NCBI GenBank assembly: GCA_013239625.1
Contig: MU053472.1
Coordinates: forward strand, 3,705,410 to 3,769,409
Source: Lama guanicoe
Lineage: Eukaryota
Length of the DNA: 64,000 nt
Direction: 5' to 3'
Shown: positions 11,769 through 23,000 of the stretch, one piece after another
How the letters are laid out: each line of letters begins with the position of its first letter
Position numbering within the stretch: position 1 is the stretch's first letter
Translations under genes and position numbers: made by a program
Notes under the pieces: generated by a model
What the model was told of the DNA's origin: nothing
Database searches by the model: none
The model's input: the letters and a program-made list of their open reading frames with translations, nothing else

Positions 11769-12919
11769 GTTTAACAAATCTATAGGTGGCTTCTGGTGTC
11801 ACTGTCTGTATCTTTACCACCTCCTGGAGACTAAGAAGATCCTAGGACCCAGTTCCAAAAGGCGACTGCAGGAGTTGCTGGTTTCTGGCTTTTAGTAGGG
11901 AAGGGAGAGGAGGGATATCTTTCCCCTCCCATGACAGGGTTCAGTCCCTGCCTAGAATCCAGCCTGTCCTCTCCATCTTCCTGACTCTTCTGCCTCTGCT
12001 ACCTAGAACCTGAGCCTCTCTCATCTTTCCTGCATACAGTACTGACAACTCTATAGAAGTTTTGGATCTGATATCTGCCCTTGGGGAAACATGGTGTTAA
12101 CTGCATGCAACCTCAAGTTCCTGTTTCCCCTGATTTGGGGAAAGGGATATGCAGAATTAAGCTCTGCACTCTAGGAAGCCTGGGATAGGGTACTGAGGTT
12201 TTTTGAAACCTCTGTAATCGCCACACTATAGTAAGTGCTCAGAATGGATAACATACAGTCGTTATCCTGGAAGAGTTCAGTATTCATTTAGCAAACATTC
12301 ATTATCTGCTACGTTGCAGACACTTTTAAACCTTGGAGTTAAAGCAAGGTTCCAGTTTTCTTGGAATTTACTAAATGTAGTAAAAGTTCCAGTGTTTCAT
12401 AAAAGAGACACGTGAAGACATTTTGGCCCCGGGTTCTGGTATTAAAGTGTTCAGGCCCACTCCTGAACTGAAGCTATCGGTTGAGAATCTGAATCAATCT
12501 CTGTTTCTGTCGGGTTGGTGGTATCTCGGGGCCACGGCGACCTCCAGCGGCCACCCTCCACCCAGCTGCCTGCCCTGGCTCCCCGAGGGAGACGGTAAGG
12601 GAGGAGCCAAGAGCTGGATCCTCGGGAGAGTCCTATTCCCCACACCCTTTACAGACCAGGAGGTCGCAGCTAGCTAGTGGCAGTCTCAGATCCAGGTTTC
12701 CTATCTCTCCGGTGAGAGATCTTTACTCAAAACTGACGGCACCATTCATTCAGGGAATGAAGGACAGCAGAGTCGGTTCGCTGATGGAAAGTGAAGGAGG
12801 AAACCTTCGTCAAGGTGTGGAAGAAGGGAAAACCCTGCCCCCGCCAGTCAGAGAAGACCGAGACCTCCCTCCTCTCTTAGCCTTCAGGGTCTTTTCTCCT
12901 CTTCTGGCTTTGGGACGGG

Positions 12920-13760
12920 ATGACCGCAGCGAAACTAACGGGAAGTGGATTAACTGAGGTGCCACCCGGGATCTATTTGAGAAGTACTCCGAGGCGGGGT
13001 GGTCACCGGAAGTGGCGGTAAGGCCTGTTTCCCTACAAGGCCCCGCCCTCAATTGCGCTACCAGCAGGCGACAGACCGCCCCCACTTCCGGCCCCTGGAG
13101 CCTTAGCCAGCAGTCCCCCTTTTATTGCTCTCCCATTGGCTGCCGCAGGGACGCGCTGTGATTTCCCATTGGTCGCGTCTCCTCTCTGGCGCCGCGCCTC
13201 CTCCCTCCAGGTACAGTGTCGTCTTCCGGCACCCGATAGGCTAAAGGCTGGGAGGGCGTCTGCCCCACTTGACCAATGAACAGCGTAAAGAGTGAGGGCG
13301 GCGGCTGCGTGGTGGGGGCAGGGCGGGACTTGGTGTGGCTATTGGCCAGGGCGGGCACAGACCAGAGATACGATTGGTTGGGGAGAGGGGCACCGCGGTG
13401 GGGTCGGAGCTGCGCGGCCTCAGCAGCTGCAGGAGACGGAAGTGGTGAGAGCTCGGCCTCGGAGGGTCGGGCGGACGCCGCCTGGGTGAGTCACCGTGCC
13501 CCGTGCACTGCCAGTCTGGGAACCGCGACTACCGCGTCTTGCCCGGCTCCGCCCCGGCCTCACCGGCTTTCGTGGGCTCCGCCTTCTGTCATTCGGGGCT
13601 CCGCCTCCGAGTCTTTAGGCCCCGCCCCTAGAACCTGGGCACCTGGGCTCTCCTGTCAGCCTGGCCCGCCCCCGGCGGCCAGATCCCCTTGGTTCGGGAA
13701 CCCTAGGCCTCCCAGACCTGGTCCTTATCTCTCCCTCCCTCCGTTTCCCTGAGGCTGCGT
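12920..13760. promoter_or_regulatory. CpG island / distal MTMR4 promoter with CCAAT, ETS and GC boxes
   Basis: CCGGAAGT 13006, ACTTCCGG 13084, five CCAAT/ATTGG boxes at 13135-13377, GC boxes; donor GTGAGT at 13486. Confidence 0.85.
13400..13485 (+). other. MTMR4: Probable non-coding first exon of MTMR4 (5' end approximate)
   Basis: Lies downstream of the CCAAT cluster and ends at a consensus donor TGG|GTGAGT. Confidence 0.6.
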
Positions 13761-14608
13761 GCCAGTGGGCGGTGAGGCAGCACCTCTGGCTTGCCGCTTG
13801 CTGGCTCCCCCATGAGGAAGGGTGGGCTGTGATCAGGGAGGCAGGTAGGACCGCAGATGGAGGCTTTTATCCCTGCAGCCTTCCGCGGAGCTGCCCCTGA
13901 GCCCGGATAGCAGGCATGAAGAAAAGTGTCAGTTTAATCTGGGCCTGGCTCCCTAAGTGGGCCAAGGAGGTCCATCCTGACATTTCTATTGCTTGGGCCT
14001 TTGACAGGTACTTACTCCGGCCCCTGTGTGGCCTGATTCCCTGTTGTGTGGTCTCCTCCAGCTAACCTGTACTCCACTTGGTGTCAAGTACACTGAGCAG
14101 CACATGTCCAGACCTGCTGCCTTCTGATCACAGTTTGTGGTCCCCTCCCTCTTGTCCTCTGCTCTGGACTCTGCCCCCAGTAAACAAGTCAGGTGGGTGC
14201 TACTCCCAGACTCAGAGGCTGGCAGAGCACTCCTGTGGATTCATATCCCCACCAGGGCTAGAAAGTGAGTCTCTGTCTCTTTGGAGTTGGCAGTTCTTTT
14301 GCTCACTCACAAAGACCAGGGTTTGGGGTGTTTTACTTCTCCTTCTGGGATTGGGAATCAGGACTCTTGAGTCCTGTTGCAGAACTTTATGGCTGATTCC
14401 ATGCCCTGCAGAATTACTTGTTGCTTTCTCCCCATGTAGCTCCCATTGCCTCTGTCTGGAAGGGTGACTTGTGGAGAGGCTGGATTCTCTGCCAGGGAGG
14501 TGAATGAGAGGGTTGAGGGGAAGTTCAGGAGTTGCTGTGTAGCATTTGTTGATTCTATGGCGATGTTAATGGTGCTCTTTACTCTTATGTTTGTCTGTCT
14601 CTTTACAG

Positions 14609-14647
14609 TGAGAAGCAGGCAGCCAGGACCCTCACCACGGTAGAATG
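14609..14647 (+). CDS. MTMR4: MTMR4 39-nt exon ending in the initiator ATG (14645-14647) of the MGEEGPP isoform
   Basis: Pyrimidine tract and ACAG acceptor, ATG|GTGAGT donor; phase 0 joins GGT GAG GAG at 18340. Confidence 0.8.
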
Positions 14648-16469
14648 GTGAGTACTCTCTCTTTCCTCAGACCACTGTGTTTTTTGTAATCCTCGTGTCT
14701 TTCTCCATGAAGCTGCCCCGCCCCTCCTGGACCTTGAGCTCCAGGCGACTCTGTTCAGCTCCTAAACAGGTTAATCTGCCCTGGAGATAAATTAGGGTTT
14801 CTTTAGCTTGCAAAACATCAGCCAAAATACAGCACTGGGACAGGAAGCCTCTGGAAGTCTTTTTCTACACCTGCTATGTCAGGCCTTCCCCACACTACCA
14901 CTGGCTCCCTTAACCCTACATAATGGCCCTTCTCTTACTTTTCTTGGGTCAAAGCTTTCTGTTCTGGCCTGAAAAGCCAGGCTTCCTTTATATCAAGATC
15001 CTTATACTTCCTAGTGCACCCCTTTAATATTGTAGGTGCTGTGTCAGGAGTGACTCCACTAAAAGTGTGGAGCTTCTCCAGTTCCAAGGTGTTGCTGTCC
15101 ATTAAGCTACTGCAGGAGACAGCTGACTGGATATATAGCAGGACAGCACCCTTAAGATGCCCACAATATCACTGGGGCCAGTGTGTGTGTGTGTGTCCAT
15201 TAAAATGATCCCATAAATTTTCCACCAACTGTGACTGCCTTTCTCTCACTCCAAATTCAGGGAACCCCTTAATCATTGAGAGCTAGGAGGAGGAAACAGT
15301 GAGATGAGAAGAGAGTGGGGAGCTGCAGGCCCTGGCCCTGACCAAGCCCTTGCTCTGATTGTATCTCTTTGGTTCTTTCACATGTCCCCTTGTGCTTAGG
15401 GACAGGTCAAGGCATTCAGTTGGTGAGAGGACTCACTCTTTCCCTCCATAGACATGTGGGTGTGTGGTGTGTGCAGTACTATTCTTGTCTCTTCTCAGAA
15501 AGCCTGCTGGTCCTGGCCCCCACCAACTGATAGCTCCACTCCCTTTTCTTTTCTATGATACCCTGAAAAGGGTCAGCCTAGTCTGATTTTGAATCCTAGC
15601 CCACCACTTAAATACTTTAGGTGAATTGCATACTTTCTCTCTAAGCCTGAAGTCTCACTTCTTGGGGAGTTGAAAAGTTTTAGTGAGATAATGCTGGAAA
15701 CATGTCTGGCTCATAGTAAATGCTTAATAAAATGTTAGGTTTTTCTCCCATTCCTCCCTTCCCCCAAGACCAAAACCAAAACAAAAAGCCCTGGTTCTGG
15801 AAGTTACCAGGCACAGGGAGTGTGGAGTTCCAAACAGTTACTTCTGTGACTTTTGGTGACATTTTGAGCCTCTTACCATGTTCCTTATTCTTTAGCCCTC
15901 TACCGCCATCCCCCTACCCTTGTCCCTCCATCCCCCTACCTTTGGGTTTTGAATTTGGTTTTCACATAGCTTCTGTGGCCCATAGTTCCAGCTCTTCTGT
16001 TGCCTAGCCTAAGAAATTCTTTCTCTTCCAAGAAGGACTTTCTTACCCAGAAGACAGAGGATGTGAAACAAGGGGAGAGATGGAGCTGAAGGGTAGGACT
16101 GGGCACGGACCTTGGACCAAAAAACCCCACAGAATTTCCCTTTCAGGAGTGTGGAACGACCAAAATGGCACTAGACCAGTATCCATTCTAAGGGCAAAAA
16201 GAGAGTGGGCTTGGGTGAAGTCAGGGGATTGGAGGTCACTGATGGACAGGGGTATGATGGGTTTTGGAGGGAAAAGAAGTCTTGAAACTGGAAAGGGCCT
16301 AGGGTGGAGGGAGGTGAGCTCCATCTTGGGAATCAGAACAAGTACTGGGGGAACTCAAAGTGGAGGGGAGGGCGTGGGGACGGGAGTGTGAAGAGAGAAA
16401 AGAGAGGTATGGGGTGGGTCACGTGTAAAGATAGGAACTGAAAAGAGGTAGGCAGTCTCTCCGCCTCCA

Positions 16470-17040
16470 TCCCCCCGGCCCCCCTCCCCCTCCCCCGCCT
16501 CCGTCTTAGGCGCAGCCCCGCAGCCAGGACTCCTGAAAGCCCCTAGACGTCCCCTGAGGACGCCCTCCCACGCGGCCGAGGGGGTGCGGGGAGGGAGGAG
16601 TCCGGGACGGTGGGCGGGGCCCCGAGAACCCGCCTCGCCCCCGCCTTCCCCGCGCGGTCGGGGCGCTCCCCTCTCCGGGCTCCCCTCCCTTCCGCGCTCG
16701 TGCCGGAGGGCGGAGCTGGGCTCGCTCCATTGTGGCCAGGAGGGGAGAGGCGCGCGGGAGCCGCGCCGAGGCCCCGCCGCCCGCGCTCGCCCCCTGGCCG
16801 CCGCGGCTGCACCTGGCCGGCCCCGCAGCCGGAATGCGGCGGGCGCCCGGCACTGGCGGGCAGCGCAGCGGCTCCGGGGACATGTGCGCTGGCCCAGACC
16901 GCCCGCGACCATGAGCCTGACCGCCCGCGTCTCCTGCTCCATGCTCAGCTGCTTCGTAAGTGCCGGCCCCGCCTGCGGGGGCCTGGGCCCCCAACGCTTG
17001 CTGCACCCGCAGCCCCGCCCAGTGCCAGCCCTAGAGATTC
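16470..17040. promoter_or_regulatory. CpG island / proximal MTMR4 promoter
   Basis: CpG-dense region with GC boxes, surrounding the alternative first coding exon. Confidence 0.85.
16911..16955 (+). CDS. MTMR4: MTMR4 alternative first coding exon (MSLTARVSCSMLSCF)
   Basis: Kozak GCGACCATG, donor GTAAGT, 15 codons. Confidence 0.9.
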
Positions 17041-20000
17041 CGAATTTTAGCCCACCCCCTTCCCAAGGCCCCTGCCGGGGGAGGGGATATTATTCCTTTT
17101 CTTTCTTGGACTTGCTTTAATCTTCGGGTGCCCGGGATTGTCCAAGACTGGGGATGGAAATTCTGTGACCCATCTTGGCCCCGAAGCCGCTGCCCTTGAC
17201 TGCAGATCTTCAGGCTCCGCCCTGCAGGGGTACATCCCTTTACCTCCGCCTCTCCATCTTGGTCCCACCCGCTGCATCCTTGCTTGGGGATGTGGGATGT
17301 GGCTTGTAGGACGTCTGGGATGTTAGGGGGCTGGTCAGGGAGCACAGGATTTCTGAGCTGTCTCCTAGACTCCAGTCCCCTCCCCCTTCTACCCCTCCAT
17401 CCCTCACCTGACATGCCAGTCTTTTCTCCTTGACTGTCCCCCAGACAGCCTCTCTTCTCCATCTTCCCTGCCTCTGCAGGCTTCCGTACCTCTGCATCAT
17501 TCCCAGTTCTCCCCTCCTCCCTCTCTGGCTTAATGCTCCTTCCCAGCTTCCCCCATCTGTCCTCTCAGATGTTCCCACCCCTCACTCCTCTCTCTCTCTC
17601 TCCCCTGGCTGTCCTGGGGTCTCCTGGTTCTTCCCAGGTGCGTGGATCCCCTCTTCTCCCCTCCCTGGTGGTTGGGAAAGGAGTTACTTCTGCTTGCTGT
17701 GGGTATTCCTTAGGAATTCCCCTCAGATCAGCAGGCAGGGCAGGTTGCATCGCAGGTGGTGGGGGCTTGTTAGCCGTGTGGGCCTAACTGGCGGATAAGC
17801 TCAGCTCCAAAACACATCCTCCTTTTGAAAGCATCCATGAAGGCCCTCTAGAGGCATGGGACTGAATCCCGCAACCCACTCCTCTTTGTCTCCTTCACCC
17901 ACCAGAATGAAGCCTCGGTGGCCTAAGGGGCCTGCGTTCCCTCCTCTTTCTGACCATTTGTCACACCTGGTTCCTGTTCCTCAGGGCACACTTCGCATTC
18001 CCACTTCCGCCTCACTCTTACATTCGCCTTTCTTTCCCTTAGTTTTCTGTCTCTCCTCTTTCATTTGGGAAACTTTGGCCCTATAGGAGATTCCCTCTTT
18101 GAAGGGCATAGATTCCCAGTTCCTCTGTGGACCTTACTCTTCCCTTAGGCTTAAGAGGCTCAAATTCCCCCTTTACTTCACCCCTCCCACCAAGCCAGGT
18201 CTCTCTTCCCTCCTCTGGTGACCAGAACCTTTATAAGCGTGTGTGGGGTGCATGTGGGTTTATGGAGGGGAGGGGAGCAGAGTGAGGCCTAATGGGCCAG
18301 GTAGAGCCTGGTGACTTAGGGCTGAGGCCTTCCCCACAGGGTGAGGAGGGGCCCCCCAGCCTGGAGTACATCCAAGCCAAGGATCTGTTCCCCCCAAAGG
18401 AACTAGTGAAAGAGGAGGAGAATCTGCAGGTAAGGAAGAGCTGGGGGCCCAGGGTGGGTAGAGTTCTCTGCCTGATTAACCCCCCTGCCCAGTCTCTCCA
18501 AGGGGATCTTGTCTGGGAGCTCTGGCTTCCTGCTCCTCCGTCTCTGGAGGAAGGGGAGTCTGTCCGGGCATTATGGAGCCTTTGGCCCCAGGGAAGGAAA
18601 GGCAGCTTTCCTGGGTAGCTGTTGCCTGGTGCCGTTACTGTGAACACGCTTGTCCTGCCTTGGCCCAGCCTTTCCAGAGGGGATCCTACAGCTCAGGGAT
18701 TGGGGAGGGGAATGGAGGGGTGACTCACTTCTGGACTGAGGGTCCCTCTGCCCCTCGGCAGGTGCCCTTCACAGTGCTGCAGGGTGAGGGAGTGGAGTTC
18801 CTGGGCCGCGCGGCCGATGCCCTGATTGCCATCTCCAACTACCGGCTGCACATCAAGTTCAAGGACTCTGTCATCAACGTGAGTTCCTGTCCTGTTCTCC
18901 CACACCCCAGCCAGAATTCCTGTGAAGTTCAAGGTGGGATTGCTCCAGTTCTCTACTCGATCATGTCTTCAAAGAGTTGGGGTTCCTTTCTTTTTCATAC
19001 TAACTTTCTTCTAGCTGCCGGTCTTTCTGTCTCTCTCACTTGTTTTCCCTCCCCTCTCCTCTCTTTCCCTCACTCTGTTGCTGGCCCTTCTAGGGGCAGC
19101 ACCGTGGCTTTGTTGGAAGAGTGCCACTTAGCAACTGTGTGACCTTGGTCAAGTCACCCAGCTGAGGTACCATTTCCTCATTAATAATATGGTGTGAAAA
19201 CACCTGTCTAGTGGTTTCTTGCGCCTATTAATTGGGGTCACATATATAGGGGACCCAGCACAGTTACCTTGCACCTAGCAGGCCCTCAGTAAGTGTCAGT
19301 TTCCTTCCTTCTGTTGATAACCTCAGCATCTGGGTCGGGGTGGGGATGAGGCATGATGTGAGCTTGGGGGTCTGAGCTTCAGTCTGCTCTTCCTCTTAAG
19401 GTCCCGCTCCGGATGATCGACAGTGTGGAGAGCCGTGATATGTTCCAGTTGCACATCACCTGCAAGGACTCCAAAGTGGTGAGGTGAGCACAGCGGGGCC
19501 TTGCTCAGGTCCTCTGGCCCTAGTCTTTTCCAGGCTTCTCTGCTGCGGGGTTTCTCTGGAGCAAGAAAGAAAAAATAGTGCCTCTCTTTCCCCTGTTTGG
19601 AAGAAAAAGAGGTCAATTTTCTGACCTACCCACAGTGTCCTGACCTAAAGAAATGGTGATGATGCTCTCGGGGTTGGCGTGAAGATTAAATGAGATGCGT
19701 CTGGGAGCGCCGAGGGTGGTGTCTGGCAGCGCCGAGGGTGGTGTCTGGCACAGAGCACTCACATCATTGTTGGTTCATTTATTTATTCATTTAACACGAA
19801 TTTATCAAGCACTGTACTCTATGTCGGACTGTTCTAAGCACTGGGGAGACACCAGGGAACAAACTTTTCTGCCCTCGTGAAGCTTATATTCTAATGGGAA
19901 GAGAACAGCAGTAAATAATGAGTAAGATATGTTAAATGTAATGTAAAGGTGAAAAATAAAGCAGGGAAAGGGGATATGGAATGCTGTGAGGGTGAAGGTT

Positions 20001-23000
20001 GTAGCTTTAAATGAAGCGATCAGAGAATGCTGCACCGAAAAGGTGACATTTGAGTCCAGACTTAAAGAAAGTGACCATGTAGGTATTTTGGGGAAGAATG
20101 TGCCAGACAGAGGGAACAGTGCGTGCAAAGACCCTGCAGTGGGTATATACCTGGCATAGTAGAAGAATGGCAAGGAGGCCACGGTGGCTAGAGTGGAGTG
20201 TCTGTGTTTCAGGGTAGCAGGGTACAAGATCCGAGAGGTAAGGGGGGTGTCCGGCTGTCATATGACTGGCTTTTACTTTGAGGGAAGTGAGAAAACCACT
20301 GGAGGGTTTTGAGCAAAGGATTGATGTGGTCTGACTGTTTTATAGAATCACTCTGGCCGCTATATTGAGAATAGATGGAAGAAGGATAGGGGCAAAAGCC
20401 AGGGCTGAAGCTGGGAGACTAACTGAGAAGCTTGTCCAGGGTGGGAGCAGTCAAAGTGGTGAGAAGCCGTCAAGTTTTTGAAGGTAGAGATGATAGGATT
20501 TGCAGACTGGATACGAAAGAAGGAGGAGTCTGGGATGACTCCAGGGATTATTAAAAGGATGCCCAGTTTAAAGTCTGCTGTGCACTCAGGTCTGTAGGCA
20601 TTCAGAACAAGAATCCAAATTCCCTTCCCTTCAAGGAGGTTAAAGTCCAGTTGCTGAAGGAAGACTTTACACGTGGCAACATGCTATGGGAAAACTTACT
20701 GTTTAATACTTCAGGCACGTTAAGAATGACAGAGGAAGGAGTCTGTGGAATGGATTAGGCTGGGAAGGCTTCAAGGAGGAGGTGGGACTGAAACTGTCTT
20801 CAGAGTATCAGTAGGAAGTGGCGAGGCTGAGAGGAGACATTATTAAGCAGAAGTGAAAAAACAGGGAGACAGGAATGACGTGAGTGGGACTTCCTGCCTG
20901 AAACAGAAGGTTCGTGCTAGTGAGTCGTGGGAGATAACACAGGGGTAGCAGACATTCAGGCCATGTGGCAGTGTTCAGATTTGAGGGCAGAAATGGTTGG
21001 GCCCCATTAGAAGGTGTACATACATCTCAAGGACAAGAGTTCTTGGGAAGAGAAGTGTCACCTAGGTGTTGTGTCCCAGGTCCCTCCCAGGGGCCCCTCC
21101 CACTTTGCAGCCTCCTCTCCTCACAGCCGCCTTGTGACTGGGTTTCGGATCCTTACGGCCCCAGCCCACACTTGTCTCTTGCCTCACTCCATGGCTTCCT
21201 GTCTGGCAGGTGCCACTTCTCCACTTTCAAGCAGTGCCAAGAGTGGCTCTCGCGGCTAAGCCGGGCCACGGCGAGACCTGCCAAGCCTGAGGACCTCTTT
21301 GCCTTTGCCTACCATGCCTGGTGCCTGGGGCTGACCGAGGAGGACCAGCACACCCACCTGTGTCAGCCAGGTGAGGCCAGGCTGTTTTCTTTAGGAGGCT
21401 GCTTCTCTCTTGCTTCTCATCTCTCTTCCACCCTGGACATGGTGTCCTGGGACACTGACCGGCGTGACATGGTGTCCTGAGACGCTGACCAGCGTGGGGG
21501 CTTTGTTGCAGGAGAGCACATCCGATGTCGGCAGGAGGCTGAGCTCGCGAGGATGGGCTTTGACCTGCAGAACGTCTGGAGAGTCTCGCACATCAACAGC
21601 AACTACAAGTGAGAGGGCAGGGGGTGGGGAGCCCAAACACCAGGCCGGACCCGGACGTCCTCCACATGGGGACTGAGCACAGTGGGCGCAGCCCCTGGCT
21701 CTGTGAGGAAGGAGGGCTCCTGGTCCCTCTTCCCACAAAGCCATCCCTGGGGATCTTGTTATCACATGTCTTTGAGCAAGCTTGGTGACCCCATCTGCTC
21801 TCTTCTCAGACTGTGTCCCAGTTACCCCCAGAAGCTGCTGGTTCCCGTGTGGATCACAGATAAAGAGCTGGAGAACGTGGCTTCCTTCCGCTCCTGGAAG
21901 CGGATCCCCGTGGTGGTGTATAGGTGAGGCAGTGGGGAACGGGAGGGAGGGAATCAATTTTTATGCAAGGAGGAGAGTCAAAAGTGGAGGTGTGCGGCAG
22001 CATGGTTAACTGGGAATTGATACTCTTGAGGGAAGTGGCTATGAAATAATTTTAAAACAAAAACTACCTCCATTTTTTTCCCCTAAGGACAAGGCTTTTG
22101 GGGCCTTTATTTATTTTTCTTTTCTTTTCTTCTTTTTTTTTTTTTTTTGAGGGGGTGTGTGTGTGTGCTAACTATTGCATTAGAATAGGGGTTGGCAAAC
22201 CTTGGCCTGTGAACCAAATCTGTCCTGTTGCCTGTTTTACATACAGCCTGTGAGCTGTAAAGGGGTTTTACATTTTTAAGAGGTTATTTTTAAAAAGAAA
22301 ACTTAGAAGAATGTGTGGCAGAGGCTGGCTATGACTCCCAAAGCCAAAAAATTTATTGGTTGGTTCTTCACCAAGAGCGTTTGCCGACCCCTGTGCTAGA
22401 ATGCAGCAGCAAACAGTGAGGCGGGTAGTAGCAGTGAGGTTTGAATTGTTCACAATCTGGGCTCGGGCTTGTTCTCTTGCTGGGTGTCTGTACCTGGAAC
22501 AGGTGCTGTGCAGCTCTGATGAGTCAAAGTCACCTTGGGAATGCGGAGCCCATTTGAGAAATGTGTGTGACAGTGCTTTGTAAACTGTAGAGCCCTCTAA
22601 CGAGGTTAAGGGCTTTTGGTTGCTATCATTATGGCCTGGGTGATCTGGTGGCCCCTGTTGGCTCTGGAGATCTTGGTCTGGCCCCCTGGGGTCTCTCGGT
22701 AGGCCTCCAGGGGCTGCAGATGCCAAAGGCATAACGGTTTATTCTGTTCTGTCAGACACCTCCGCAACGGGGCTGTCATCGCCCGCTGCAGCCAGCCCGA
22801 GATCAGCTGGTGGGGCTGGCGCAATGCTGACGATGAGTACTTAGTCACATCCATCGCCAAAGCCTGTGCCCTGGACCCAGGGACCAGGGCCCCTGGTGGC
22901 TCCCTCAGCACTGGGAATAATGATGCCAGCGAGGCCTGTGACACTGACTTTGGTAAGGTGTGGCTGGTGCTGGGCCCTCGGGAAGTAGGCCCCCACCTTG

